NCBI GenBank assembly: GCA_021432655.1
Contig: MU271245.1
Coordinates: 8,229-72,228 of the forward strand
DNA length: 64,000 bases
Reading direction: 5' to 3'
From: Atractiella rhizophila
Taxonomy: Eukaryota
Positions 26,174-40,644 of this stretch are shown in pieces. Each line of letters begins with the position of its first letter. Position 1 is the stretch's first letter. A program made the position numbers and the translations under genes. The notes under the pieces were generated by a model. The model saw only the letters and a program-made list of their open reading frames with translations. It did not search any database and was not told the origin of the DNA.

Positions 26174-26613
26174 CCGCTTACCGGTGAAGATCGTCCCAAC
26201 TCGGTGAACCCCCACCTCCACGGTCTGACCATGGAGGTAGCAAGACGTAGTGTATAAATATGGGACTGTTAGTGTCGATACTGCAAGAACTCACTCCTCT
26301 CAAGATGTTGTCTCCAGCGGCGCTCCTATTGGCACTTTCCTCCCTTCATGCTGTTTTAGGGATCCCCTTCTCGACTCCGTCGAATGCGAAAAAAAAACCG
26401 CTTACCGGTGAAGATCGTCCCAACTCGGTGAACCCCCACCTCCACGGTCTGACCATGGAGGTAGCAAGACGTAGTGTATAAATATGGGACTGCTAGTGTC
26501 GATACTGCAAGAACTCACTCCTCTCAAGATGTTGTCTTCAGCAGCGCTCCTAATAGCACTTTCCTCCCTTCATGCTGTTTTAGGGATCCCCTTCTCAACT
26601 CCGTCGAATGCGA
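26174..26613 (+). repeat. Direct tandem duplication (period 224 nt) of the GH79 promoter and signal-peptide region, joined by an A9 run
   Basis: Copies at 26174-26389 and 26398-26613, with about 6 substitutions. Confidence 0.95.
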
Positions 26614-28322
26614 CCTCTGGGCTCTACTCCGCCTTCGTCTCCATCTCGATAGAGTTGGTAGGCTTCCCAGCTTACGCTGGTTCTCGTTCTTCGCCCAACC
26701 AATACTCTGTCAACATGGTCAAAACTCTGGGAACCTTCCAAAACGCCATGCCGGTCATTCGAGTGGGAGGGAACTCACAGTTCGTCGCTCTCTCACTTTT
26801 CTCAATGATTGAGACGGTGGAGTACAGAGACCGTGCCATTTACGACGCGAGCTACACGGGGACCGCTGCCGCCACTTCGTGCCCTTCGGATAGCTCAGCG
26901 AAGACTTGCATAGGACCGAAATTCTTCGATTCGTACAATTCCTTCCCTGACACCAAATACACATTCGGTTTCAACCAAGCGAGGAATGACGCTTCCGGTG
27001 CGAACACACTCCAGAAAGTTGTCGGGCTAGCCTGCAAAGCGATAGGAGTCGACAACTTGGAGGTTTTCGAGTTTGGTCAGTCGATATTCCCTTTTATACC
27101 GTCAAGAGATTGACGGCTGTACAGGCAACGAGCCGGATCTGTTCAGCAATAATGGATACCGCTCCTCGTCTTATAATGAAGCGAATTACGTTGCGGAATG
27201 GAAGAATAACACGGGTATCATTCGTGGACTTCTGCAATCTGCCTGTCCCGAATTCATCAGCCAGGATGTGTACGGTTACATGGGTCCAAGCCTTTCAAGC
27301 CCTGGTAGCAAGTCAGTCGACCACCTTCATCTTTTGCTGTCTCTCACACTGCGATGTAGATTGAAGCCCTCTACGATCTTTAACTCGAACGGATACAACT
27401 CAGCCGGAACGGTGAAGCAAGTCTCTATCCACAATTACATGGGCAACAGCGCAGATAGCAGCGTGACGGTTGAGAATACGCTCATGAACCATGCGAAGGT
27501 GAAGAGCAGCATTGGAAATCATGTCAACGCGAGGAACTCAATCAACGAGGATCTCGATTATGTGATTGGCGAGCACGTAAGCTGTCACCTCTACAGTACA
27601 TCAATCTCGACGGTACTGAGGGGATGGCGTTTAGAATTCGCTTTATGGCGGAGGAGCCGCTGGAAAGTCTGACACATTTGGAGCGGCTCTTTGGTACGCC
27701 TCATGTTAAACTGTCAAAGACAATCACTAATCAGGTCGTGATTGCAGGGCGATGGATTTCTCCCTTTACGCTGCCACGCAGGGAATCAAACGTGTGCACT
27801 TCCACTTCGCAAATGGCAGCCCATACAGTTTCTGGGTACGTCCCTACAATCCTCCCTTACCGTCCTCTGACTAGCTACGAATAGCAACCAAGCGGGCCTA
27901 ACACCCTTCCAAGCTACTATGGAGCATTAGCGGCCGCCCGTCTCTTAGGCGATTCCTCCAAAGTATCTGTGGTCGAGATCCCGCAGAGCGTCTCGACGGA
28001 CGTGATGTACGCAGCGTATGAAAACGGCAAACTCGCTCGTTTGGCGATCATCAACAACAAGTATTACACGTCGGGCACGAGGGGAAGCAAGACCTATACC
28101 GTCCCCGTCGACGGAGCTGGGACGCTCAACCTCAAGTCGGAGATCTTGATGGGAGAGGCCGCTGATACGAAGAATGCGGTCTCGTTTGGTGGGGTGCAGT
28201 ATAGGTTTGCGGATCAGGGTCTCCCGTCCAGTGGGGGACCGGCGGTGCAAACTTGGACGGCTAGTGGACAGATTCAGGTGTCGGTTCAGGATAGTACGGC
28301 GGTGGTTATCACTGTCGCGTAG
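26529..28322 (+). CDS. Secreted glycoside hydrolase family 79 (beta-glucuronidase-like)
   Basis: Signal peptide MLSSAALLIALSSLHAVLG, FVSISIE, IRVGGNSQD, GNEPD (acid/base), HNY, YVIGEHNS (nucleophile), PSYYG, YAAYENGKLARLAIIN. Confidence 0.92.
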
Positions 28323-29460
28323 TCTGATATTCGTAACCAATCGACGTTGCCCAACGACTTGAGTGGCTTTGTTGGTTCTCTTGAAATGTTTGCTTCAAAA
28401 TTGTTTTCATAACACACCAACAGCGACTCTAATGTGTAATGCACTGAATGGGACGATAATGCGTATGTGGATGCAGACCGCTGCATTATCGCTCGACGCG
28501 ACACATGAACATGACCAGTCGACCAGCAGTCACTGGGAACTTTCACTTTGCTCCTGGCTGCTTCAATACACGTCCGAGCTTGTAAAAAGCAAAATTTGGG
28601 CAAGTCAGATCGTCAGAGCTTGGCGACCGAAGTACATTGTTGACTTTGATCACGTCAACATTTGGCAATTTCGATTCCGAGGAAAAGGAAAACGGGCAGC
28701 AAAGCTCTGGCCCTACTGTATGTTTAAGTTTGTTATGAGCAGGAATGGATCACATGTTTCCTGCTCTGCACTGTAAACAAAGCAGGATCGAGAGGGAGGC
28801 GAAATGAATCACGAATGGATGGCCCAGAAGGTTCCTCTGAGTGAATGAAGTAAGCTAATGAGAATAGAAGCTGCGTGCGAGATCTGAGTATAAAATGCAC
28901 ATTGTTCCCCCGTCACGCCAATGGAATGGAAATGATAGAATGGAAGCTGCACCTTATTGCAATTGCTCCACTCCATTCCTCCATCTCGCTCGATCGCACT
29001 TCCTCTCGCGTCTGATGCCGACTCCTTGAGTCTTCTCCTTCCACCACTTTTCCGCTATAGACACAGCCAAAACACCGAAAAGCGCAAAGAAGGAAAAGGG
29101 AAAAGGAGGATAGGACACGAGAGGGATCACGTGGGAAACAGCGAAACAGGGACAAACAACCCTCAAAATTCCACGATCTCTCACTTCTCGCTCGCTCACT
29201 TCTCAGCTCCATCTTCATCTTCACCAACGATTTCATACTTCTACAACGGCCACTCCCACGCTCACGCCGGGTCTATAGTTTGCAGCGGATAAGCAAGCGA
29301 AGAAGGTGTGGACTTTTGATACGTTACAGGGTCTTCCTCCTTCCTTTCCCACGCGTCGCTCGTCCCACCATCCACAACAATCCTTTTCCAACAGCGACAG
29401 CGTCAGAGTCATCCCACAAAACCGACAAGTCAGGCCTTCCCAAAACCAAGTCAACAAAAC

Positions 29461-32400
29461 ATGCCCTCCCGACCCTCCTCACCGATCATCCACTCCCCTT
29501 CTCCGCCCTCTTCCTCGCCCTCCGCCTCCTCCGCCTTCTCTTTCTCCAGCCGAGCACGTCCTCTTTCCCTTGATTCCTCTCTCTTGGAGCCCTCCGAAGG
29601 CTTCAGCGAAGGCGGATCTGGTTCGGGCAGGAGGAGGAAGGCTTCGGGACATAGGAGGAACATGTCCATTTCCCCGCCTACGGGCAGCCCTCTCTTCGTC
29701 GTACAGCCCCAGAATCAGGTCTTGCCTCATTCTCCGCCGCCGATCTTGCCTCCTCCAGCTGTCGCTCCGACCTCCGTCGTACTTCCGAAGCGAGAGGTGG
29801 ACGGATTGAACAAGGAGGTGGAGGTTCTCAAGGGCGAGCTGGGGACCCGGAATGGAGAGATGAGTATCCCTGTTTCAAGGGATGAGATAAACATTCTGGA
29901 TTCGAAGGAAGAGATAAGTCTTCCGAAGGGTGAAAGTGATCTTCCAAAGAAGAGAGAGATGGATACCTTGACGAGAGGGACAGATGGACCGAAGCCAGAT
30001 GTAAATATTCACATTCCTCCCTTGTCAGCTCTTGCATCTGCTGCAAGCGTGACAGTACCAGTGACAGGATCCCCAGGGATCGGAGCGATATGGGATCCCA
30101 TGCGCTCTCCATCTCCTCCACCCAACTTCTCCACTCCGCCCATGCCCACTTCTTCCTCTCCCATCCTCTCCCGTCATCCCTCCCTACCTGCGCTCTCGAT
30201 GGGAATAGGGATCTCCGGACACGCCAGACGCTTATCCTCCGAAGCTCACTCTGCGACCAGCGTCGGTTCGCATTCGCCTAGGTCGCCGAGAGGATTCGTG
30301 TTTGGAAGCAGTAAGAAGAAGAATAGGGCGAGGGAGCGGTCGAATTCGAGGGACGGGCCGAGAGAGGAGGATGTGGAGGAGGCGGAGGGTGAAGAGAAGG
30401 AGTTGAGGACTAGAGATAGTTTGGAGGAGCTCGGGGGAGGAGGAGGAAGTGGAGGCGGGAGCCCTCATACCCCAAGTCCGCATGGTAGACTGTTTCCTCC
30501 CCTTCCTTACGCTCATGATACCGCCACCTCTACATCGTCACCTTCCTCTTCGTCGCCTTCCCATCCCTCACTAACTTTCCTCAACAATGCACTCGTCGGA
30601 GTCGGAACTTCAGGAGGCTCTGCAGGCTCCGGTTCTGGTTCAGGAGGCTATTCCCCTCCTTTCGGCCTCACCTCCTTCTCTTTCCCCTCCGTCCCTCTCA
30701 CTTCTCACCATGGCCACACCACAGTAACGACCTCTGGAAGCCCCACCCGATCATTCCACTCTGCTCACTTACCCCCATCCTCCCTCTCCATCTCCACTTT
30801 CGCAACTACTGGTCCTCCATCCCCACCTGTTCCGATTGGTGCTACCGCCTCACCCGAAAGTCCTACGTTGTATTTTAACAAGGATGCGCTGAGGACACGG
30901 GATAGTCTGGAGATTTTTGATCCTATGCTGCTGCCCCCATCAGCGATGGAGGAGAGGGACAGGGACGGAGCGGCAGATGGAGAGAGGGACAGGGACAGGG
31001 ATGCAATGGACATTGTGCATGAGGAGATGGACGCCGGTTCCCTCCCTTACCTTCTCCGCGGTCCTTCTCCAGCTCTATCGATGGGAGAGGAGACCGTCAA
31101 AGACTTCCATCCGCCATCGACTCTCCATCCTCCTCAACCTCAACCTCCAAGCCCAATGGTCGCCGCATTCCCCCCACTCTCTGTTGACAGCCTCGGACTC
31201 TCCATGGACGAATCGTCCTTGACGGGATCTGGATTGGAAGCGGATGAAATGTTTGGGTGGAAGAAGGAGGACGAGATGGAACTCACGCTTTTGGAGAGGA
31301 TCATTGTGTGTGGAAAGTCGTCGATCATCGGCCATCGCATTCATGCAGCTGAGAATCTCCCGGTTTGGCTCTCTGTTGCAACTGCCGATGAGGAGGCGGA
31401 GGCAGAGGGAAAAGCGAAGTCGGGTCAGGCTGAGCCGGCTGCTGAGAAGATTGGGACAAAGGAGGCGAGGGAATATATTCTCCCGCTCATCGAATCGTTG
31501 GTCATGGACGATTTCCCGGTGAGGTTTGCGATGGCTACTGGCATGGCTGGAGTCATGGCTTTCTTCTTCAAGGTTCGTTCTTCCCTCTACCTATTTCTCC
31601 AATCCCAAACAAGAGCTGACATGCCTGCAGAATTGTCCGCTCAAGGAGGCCAGGGAAGGAGATGCGATGGGAGAGCAGGACAATGAGATCTCCATCCACG
31701 CTTTCACTCCCATCCTTCTCGCCCTCCTCTCCGACGATTCAGACGCCGGACGAGTCGCAGAATGCGCCCGCGATTCCATCGTATCTTTCTTCGACACTAT
31801 GCTCCCTTCCATCTCCCTTCCTCTTTCTACCCAAGACATGATTCGGGAAGAGTTGGTTCGCTCTTTGGTTGGTCCGCTGGTGGATGGGAAAGATGAAGAG
31901 GAGGAAGAGGAAGAGAGTGAGGATTCGGAGACGAAGGGTGAGGGGGAGGAAGAGGAGGGAAGCCTGAGAGAGATGGAGAGGAGAGAGAGGGAGAGAGAGG
32001 AGAGGGAGATGAGGGAGGAAGTAGAGGTTGGCAGTCAGGAGATGAAGGAGGGCAAGTGGGACGAAGGAGGAGCAGCTGTCGAGAGACCTAGTATGTCGTT
32101 TCATCGCTCAATTAGCGAAGCAAAGGCTGATAGATCTCTGTCAACAGTCGACCTCGCTCCCATGTTCGCCATTAACCCCTTACTCAGAGCAACATCGAGA
32201 CTGCAGCACCAGCCGTCTGGACTGTCCGCCTTCTCCTCTGACGGCCAATCACTCATGGAGGACGAGAGTGGAGCATTCTCACGCTTGTCCGGAATGCAAC
32301 TCATCAGCTCCTTCGCGCAATTAGCCTCTCCTCTGCCTCTCCATCTGCTACTCGAACTCCTAGCGCACGTCAGCCGCATGGAAACCGACCCAGTCTGGAT

Positions 32401-34474
32401 CGTCCGTCGCGAGGCGGTCGGTGCCCTGCAACAACTGACCATGGCATTGCCAAAAGAGACCATTCCCACTCACGTCCTACCTATCTTCGATTCTTTCTCT
32501 CAAGACGCGGTTTGGCATGTGCGACAAGGCACAGTATCCATCTTCCCAGATGTGTGTGAACGCCTAGACGAGAGAGATGTGAGGAGGGCAAAGGTCGTTC
32601 GGGGAGTCGAAAAATACGAGAAAGACCAAAGTACGACGGTCAGAAGCGAACTCCTGAGCGTGGCAGGGCGATTGATTTATCTCTTCTTCGAAGACCCGGA
32701 CGGCGTACCTCAATGTCTGGTCGATGTCTTCCTCAATAACGATCAACCAAACCCAATCTCATTTTATTCTTCCATACATTCTCCCTTCCCCATCACCATG
32801 CACAGCCCACTCGACCCTCGAAAATTGGCCGTTCAAGCTTACAACCTCCCTGCTGTAGTCCTCACGCTTGGACAATCGCGATGGCCGGAACTTCGGGGAT
32901 TATTCCAGACATTGACCAAGTCGACGGATGGAGACGTTCATCGGTCTCTCAAAGCTTCTTTGCACGAGATTGCGAAGATTATAGGCAAGGAGCAGACGGA
33001 GAAGGATTTGTTACCTTATTTCGATCGGAAGGTAGCAAGGGTGGAAGACGAGGAGGAAGGGGAAGTGGAGGTCATATTTGAAAATCTGGGCACCTTTCTC
33101 GCCCAATTAGACCCTTTGAGGTGCCGAGAAATGTTGGAGAGGATTGTCAAAATGTGGACGATGGGTCTGGGGAATAAATGGAGAGTGAGGGAAAAGATCG
33201 GGAATAGTCTTCCCTTATTGATTCAGAGTGGAATGTTTGAAGGGTCCAAATGGACCAAGGAAGATCCGCTGATGGACCTACTGGAGTTGTCTTTGCAAGA
33301 CAACGTCAATGCGGTGAGGGAAGCGGGAGTCCTCGCTGTCAGTCGTCACCCTTCTTCCTCCGTCGTCATCGTACTCATCCTATTCTAGGTTCATTCCTTC
33401 CACAAAGCGTCAGAGAAAGATGTGGACCTCAAAAACCGTCTGTTAATCATCCTCAAGGATTTAGCACAGAGTTCCAAATTTCGTCGACGTGTAACGTTCG
33501 TCCGTCCACTTGGGACTCGCGCTTGTTTTAATTGATGAGGATGGAACAGCTTCATTTCGTGTATCGCAAACATCCTTTCGCAAGGCATATCACTCGACAT
33601 TCTCTCATCCAATTTCCTCTCTATTTTCTTCGACCAAAAATTACCGCAAGATTCGGTTGTAAATGTGCGCATTGCCGCCGCTCGCCTCCTCAAACAAGTT
33701 GTCGCAGCCTTCTTCCCTGATGCCGACATCCAACTCTCTTCTTTCCCCTCAGATATCCGTCAATCTCTCATTTTCCTCGCTTCTGACTCCAATCGTGACG
33801 TTCGGGATTTCGCAAGACCCATACTTCCTCCTTCTCTCGTCATGCCTCTCCCGCCTCCTACCCCTTCATCCTCATTGCCTCCAACTTCCGTTCCCTCTAT
33901 TCCTGTTGCAACAATGCCCCGACGGTCATCATCGACCGACTTCCGGCCGCTTCCATCCACTTCTGCCTCCATCTCTTCAAATGTGACCATCCGCAAATCT
34001 TCGAGCCAGGAACCGGTGCTCAATGCCACGTTAGAAGGAGGAGCACTGTTTGCCCGACGGCGGCGGAAGAGGAGTAATGATATGCTAGTGGCTCTGGATG
34101 GGACTATTATGGGCGAAAGAGGAAGGGAAGTTGCGCTCCGTTGCGGAGAGGGCGTGATCAAAGAGGATAAAGAGGGAGAAGAGGGAGCGACCACAGACGC
34201 GGCATCTAATTCATCAGCCGCGACAATAAAAGATGAGGACAGCAAGATGGCAGACCTCGTCGAAAGTCCCGCAGCCTTCAAAAGCTCCGAGCTTGTCGAG
34301 GTGGGAGGAGGACCAGGGGAGATGGAAATCGAGGAGAAAGGCGCCGGAGGAATGGAGGTCGTTCAGGATCAAATTCGTTTGAAGGAAGGCGTTGTCAAAA
34401 TTGATGCTGATGGTGGTGATGCAAGAGAGGTCAAAGCAGAAGATGTTGTAATGAAAGAAGCTTCTTCGCTGTGA
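29461..34474 (+). CDS. HEAT-repeat protein, PP4 regulatory subunit 1 (PPP4R1)-like, with long Ser/Pro-rich disordered termini
   Basis: LTLLERI, DPVWIVRREAV, DAVWHVRQ, AYNLPAVVLTLGQSRWPELR, RSLKASLHEIAKIIG, WRVRE, LQDNVNAVRE, DSVVNVRIAAAR. Confidence 0.85.
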
Positions 34475-34985
34475 CAAATTCTTCCTTTCATGTCTTAATT
34501 CCTTACACACACGTGTTTTTCCATAGCTTCTTCACGTTCAATATTCTTTTCTTCCTTTGTCGAAGATATATGGACAACTTTGTGTCAACGCCATGTTGTT
34601 CATCAATATCCAATCATTCTTGCATATCAATCTTATCCTCTTTCCATAGTCGCTTGAAGCGTCACATTTATGAGCTTGACTACAGTCAATCAGTATTTTA
34701 TGATCTCGTTTCGTGTTTCGATGCATCTCTTTCTTCTTCTGATTTCTTACTTCGTTCAGCTCAGTGAGAGTGAAGTGATATAGACAGTCCTCCGATGTGT
34801 AGAGGGCATTCGTCGACTGTAATCTTATGTTACCTATTGTCAGCATATCCCAGTTCAAGCCCGACGAGCAGTCACGTTGTAGGGAGATAAAGTAATTGTG
34901 CACGGCAAGAAATGATACAACACTCTCAAAGAACATACGAGCAAGTATTAAAACCAGAAACTGTCGCCTTCCTAGAAGGGTACTT

Positions 34986-36310
34986 TTATTTATTCCTCAC
35001 TGTGTCATACCCTAGTTAGTCCTCACATCACGGCAAGGCAAGGAAGGGAGGACGCACAATAAGTTCCGACGACGATACAATGGTCTCTCTCATATGGTTC
35101 CAACGTAAGTTGCTCGTGAGGTTTGATCTTTAGCTCCTGCATCGTCTTCACTTCTTTGGCAAACACGACCTCTGCTGGTGCGGTTGAATCAATGCAGTTA
35201 GCCTTTATCGAAATGACAACATGTCCTACCAAGCAGGATCATCAGCGTTAGAGTAGCCCAGCAGAAGCAAGAAGAAGAGACGTGCCTCCATGTTTAAGGA
35301 AATGATCGCAGTTCAGGGCTACAAGACGTGCTTGGTCTGGTTGTGCGACGTCGGCAAAGACGACATCAACCATGGAGACGAGCATTCTGTACTTGTGAGG
35401 CATGCGAGCATCCTCGATTATCGCTGTTCCATTTCTCTGTCAGAAAGGTATGGAGGGAAAGGAAGGAAGGGGTACGCACGGATCACGTTCGTTCGCTTCT
35501 TTGCCATGTTTATCAGGTCTCGTCCGGAGCGGTGAGAAAATTCGACAGCATAAACGCATCCTTCCTAGATGCCAACAATGACATCAATTTACAACACGAC
35601 TGAGGAAGAGGAAAGACTCACAGGCCCAACAACATCTGCCACATGAGACACACTCGTTCCACTTGCCGCTCCCAAATACAGCACACGTTTTCCAGGCGCA
35701 ATGTGAATATCGTCCAACCCACCGAGAATACCAGCGGCCAACTTGCTTCTAAAAGGGTTCCACACTCTATATTCCACCTTGCTCGCTACACCCTCGCTCC
35801 CTGTAGATTCGACCATGATTCGCTTCTCCCCGTACACACTTTCTCCAGGTACAAGATTGCGAGTGACGAGTAGGGACTCTTTGCCTTTGGCTACGAAGAC
35901 TCCAGGGTGCCTATGAGGCTCAAGAATCACTTTCGAGCCTCCGCCTGCACCACCACGACCTCCGCCTCGTCCACCTCGTCCTCGTCCGCCACCGCGTCCT
36001 CCTCCTCCACGACCAGGAGGACCACCACGCTTGGAGACTCCTCCTCCTTTGCACAAGAAATGAACGCTCAAAGACGGTCCTTGCTTTGAACGAACTTGAA
36101 ACACATACCTCTTCCTCCTCCGCGTCCTCCTCCTCTACCACCACGATCGCCTCCTCCACCTCGTCCACCGCGACCGCCGAAAGAACCTCCTCGTCCACCT
36201 CCTCTTCCTCCACCACGACCGCCGCCTCGAGAATCACCTATTCAACGAGATACAAAGTAAATTTCTGTATTTGTGCAGGTAGAAAAGCAGAACGACGTAC
36301 CGTATCCCAT
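34986..36310 (-). CDS. NOP1: Fibrillarin
   Basis: RGG domain, [66 protein letters not shown]. Confidence 0.98.
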
Positions 36311-36531
36311 GATTTCTTATACCTCCTTGATGCTAAGAGTTTCGTACTCCTCCTGCTCTGTTGACGCCTCGAAAAAGTGAAATTCGCTTGAGCCAGAGAA
36401 ATTTTCTGCTTCAGCCAAATAGGGTTTGACGATCTGGCCTTCGCAGACACAGTGGACAATCTAGGTACATCGCCTACGTTGGACCACTCACAATAAGACG
36501 TGCCTGAAATCATCAAGGCAGCCAGACAAAG

Positions 36532-39500
36532 ATGCCAGGGCTCAAGTGTGTGTATTCCCCTATCAAGAGCTGTGCGTGTGGCAGAGGTTCATTGGGTTTG
36601 GGGCAAAGTGTCAGAGCTCTCGCCGGAGGAAAAGACAGCTTTCCAGTATCTCTTCAAGAAAGGTTCGTCCTCTCCTCTTTCGCTCTCGCTACATCTAGGG
36701 CAATGTGTGATAATGAACTGCAGCGGACACCGATGGTATTGGTGTCGTGACTGGGGATAAAGCCGTCCCTTTCTTCTCGCACTCAAACCTCCCACCGTAC
36801 TTGCTCGGTCCGTTCTTCTTCGCGTTCTGAGGGGAGAGAGTCGTGACATTGTGTGTTCATGATGTAGGCGAAATATGGCAGATGTCAGACGACGACAACA
36901 AGGGCTTTCTCACGGAAGATGGCTTCTTCCTCGCATGCCGGTTTGTGTCCCTCCTTCTCTCTTTCTGCTTCGAAGGAATGGCTGACCAATTACAACATAG
37001 GTTGATAGGACATGCACAATCGGGTTCGAAGCCCTCTGCAAGTATCGCTCGGCAACGTTTGCGTCTTCCCTTTCCTGCTAGCCTTTTCTAACTAGTGACG
37101 GATGGATGTTCATGTAGAGGGTCCTCCTCCCCGGTTTGACAACGTTACCATCCCCGGCATACGCGCACAGTCTCCTCTACCCTCCAGCTCCGCTTTTCAA
37201 ACAATGCACGCCCTCGTTCCTCAATCGACGGGCACCGCAAGCTCCAAGCCAATCCCCTCTCCAATCGCCGCTCAACACACTGGCACACGGCCGGCTTCAA
37301 CTTTGCAGGCTCAATACACGGGCAGTCGTGGAGTGAACGCTACCGTCAGTCCCGCCGAAAGGGCCCAGTATTCCAGGCTGTTCCAGTCTGCGGGACCTCT
37401 CATGGGGTTGTTGGACGGCGATAAGGCGAGAGATATATTTATCAAGTCGAAGTTGCCGGTAGACAAGCTGGGACAAATTTGGTTCGTGCTGCTCTCTTTT
37501 CTCTCTGGTTACCAGAAGTAATTTGTCCATTGGGCTACCTAGGACCCTAGCAGATACGAGAGCAAGAGGTAGTCTCGACCAAACAGATTTCATACTCGCC
37601 ATGTACTTCATCCAGGGCTTAATGGACGGTAAACTCTCTTCTGTCCCCGCTACCCTCCCTCCAGGGCTCTACGAATCCGCGTCGGGCGGGACCAGCCTGC
37701 CTCTATCTGCTCAACCTCAGAGCCCAACTAGAGCAGGCAGCGTAATGGTCCCTCCTTCACCCATCCGGCCCGTCTCGACTGGTGGAGGAGGTTTCGGTGC
37801 TGGAGCAGGTGCCTTTGGAGGCATGGGAGGAGCGGCGGAGTGGGGAGTGAGCCAGGTGGAAAGACAGACCTTTGGGAAGTATTTCGAGGGACTGGATACT
37901 GCAAGAAGAGGATATATAGAGGGCGATGTCGCTGTGCCTTTTTTTAGAGAGAGTGGATTGGACAATAATTTGTTAGCAAAGGTTTGGTACGTGTTCTTCT
38001 CGTTCTTTCATAGCCGCCCCTTTATCTGCAGTACCTCCTTACTTTTTGGCTGGAGAGCTGATTGTGTGAGGGTTTAGGGAGCTGAGTTCGATGTCAAAAG
38101 AAGGAGCGTTGACGGCAGACGAATTCGCGGTCGCAATGAAACTCATCACCGACAAATTAAATGGAAAGGAGATCCCGGACACTCTACCCTCCAATCTCAT
38201 ACCCCCCAGCAATCGCCAGGCGGCGCCAATGCTGTCTGGTTCGTCCTTCCCCTACCCCACCGCCCTGTATCTCCCCAAATTGATGAGCGATACTATAGGT
38301 CCGCAACAAGACCTCTTGAGCCTGATGGACGAGCCACCGGTCTCTCCGCCCGCCGCCCAGGTAACTCAGCCGCCATACTTGTCTCCCCAACACACCGCGG
38401 CCTCTGCAACATTCAACCGTGTCGCCTCTCCTCCCACCTCCCATATCAGCGCTCCCCCTCCTATTCCAGCTCCCCGTCAAACAGCTTCGCCCGTCCCTCC
38501 TCCGATACCTTCTCACACTCCGAGACAGGTTGAAGATTTGTTTGGAGATTCCTTTGAGAACAAGAGCTCCATCTCGAACGATGGTGCCATGCTTGGGAAT
38601 ATGAAGAATCAGCTGGAGAGTACTCAGAGGAGTTTGGAAAGGGTCCAGGCGGAGAGAAGTGTGGAGGATCCGAAGGTGATGAGCAATGAAGGCATGATTG
38701 CAGACCTTACGAATCGGTTGAAGAAGGCTAAGGAACAGTTTGAGATTGAGAATAAGAGATTGGAGGATACGCGCAAGCGGGTTTCAGAGCAAATGACGGA
38801 GATGGAAGGGCTCAGAAAGGAACTTATCACCGCTGAGAGTGGCTTGAGTGCAGTGAAGGAAGAGAGAAATGAGTTGGAGCAGGGACTGATGAGAGATAAG
38901 GAGGAGATTAGGCTGATGAAGGTTAGAATGAGCGAGGCGGTCGAGGAAACCAAGAGGCTCAGGACACAGATGGAAAGCGTAAGCAAGGAGGCAAGACTTC
39001 AAAAGGGTCTGGTTGCGATTACGAAAAAGCAATTGGATACGGCGGAGGGAGAGAAGGAGAAAGCTAGAGAGGGATTGGGGGACGCCGAGAGGGAATTGGA
39101 GGAGGCTAAGGCGGCAGTTAAGGAACACGAAGCCATGGCGACGCCGGAAAGGATCGATAGCATGTCACCAACCGCCGTCGCGCTTCCTAAATCCAACAGT
39201 GGATCCATCGTCGCTTCACCCTCCCCAGCGCCATCCACGAAGAGCACGAACCCCTTCGACAGACTCGCTTTCGGCAACAACGCTGGGAGTCGGACTGCCA
39301 GCCCCTTCCCCACTGAACATGTTGAAGCACCAGCGCCAAGCGTGACCTCCTTCGCAGACGCCTTTGCCATTCCCTCCGAACCGGAGCCAGCTCCTCCTGC
39401 CCCTCCTGCCGCCACAACTGAAGAATCGAAGGAAGATGACGACGAAGATCCGTTCGGTGTCGATGAACCAGCTGCTGATACTCATGCCAAGGCTGCTTCA

Positions 39501-40644
39501 TCATTCGACGATGCATTCGGTGTCTCCACGTCGCCTGCGGCCCAAGGAAAGGATGACTTCACGTCAGCTTTCGACGATGCCTTTGGCTCAGAACCCATGA
39601 AGCCGCTTCAACAAAAAGCGCCAGAGCCACCGAAAGACACAGAAGCGAACGATTTCGCCAGCGCGTTCCCAGACATCTCTTCCCCCGTCACCACTGGTCC
39701 AGCTGGCTTCGCAGATGCATTCGGAGCGAGTGCCTTCCCGGACATTTCGAAGGCAGCCGCTGTGGAAGATAAGGGCAAAGGGAAAGAGCAGGAAAACGAG
39801 GACAGTGACGGAGATCTCAGACCGATCAAAGATGTCGAGCCGGACGAATCTGATAGCTCGGACGACGAGGAACCAGAATCTGCGACGCATGCGAAATCCA
39901 ATGGTGCCTTCGCCACCCCTCCGCAGTCTACGACCGTCGATGCTCCTAGTACTTTACCTGGAATCAGCAAAGTTGAAACGTCTGCTCCCGCTTTCGCTGT
40001 CCCCCCAGCTTTTACCCCACCCCCTGCTCTTACCCCCACCCCTGCTCCAGCGGTTGCCCCTACGACCACAAATCCAGCTCCCGCTCCAGCTGCTGATAAT
40101 GGTTTCGATGATTTCGACGAGGCGTTCTCGGACTTCCCACAGGTCAAGGCTGAAGATAAGAATAAAGCGGATGAATTACAGAAGAAACAAGAAGACGAAG
40201 ACTGGGAGGCGTCTTTCAAGGACTTTGATGCTCTCCCTCGTTCATCCAACGCCCCATCCAACGATCCCTTCGGAGCGAGCTTTGACGACGCATTCGGCAC
40301 GTCGACGTCGAACAATGGCTTCGCCCCGACTCATGTAACGGGCGGTGGGAGCACTGGAAGCGCGTTCACGAGCAGCGGATTCGATGATGCATTCGGATCT
40401 GCGAATTATGTCCCGTCAGCCCCTCCACCGAAGGAACCTCCTCCGGGAACTTTCGATCCTAACGCTGCTCAAGCTGATGATGCCGAAGCAGTGAAGAGCA
40501 TCGTCAGCATGGGATTCACGCGGAATCAAGCTTTGGATGCATTGGAGAAACACAATTATGACACTCAGAGGGCCATCAACAGGTTCGTGTTCTTTTTTCC
40601 TCCATCCTTGGCCGGAGCTAACTACGAACAGCCTGCTCGGATAA
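36532..40644 (+). CDS. EDE1: Eps15-like endocytic adaptor (3 EH domains, coiled coil, NPF/DPF/FxDxF motifs, UBA)
   Basis: EH signatures (KSKLPVDKLGQIW, ESGLDNNLLAKVW), heptad region, STNPFD, repeated FDDAF, IVSMGFTRNQALDAL (UBA). Confidence 0.93.

Noticed and set aside
39240..40400. Repeated FDDAF/DPF/NPF motifs as a novel repeat
   Set aside because: These are expected adaptor- and EH-binding motifs of Ede1/Eps15.
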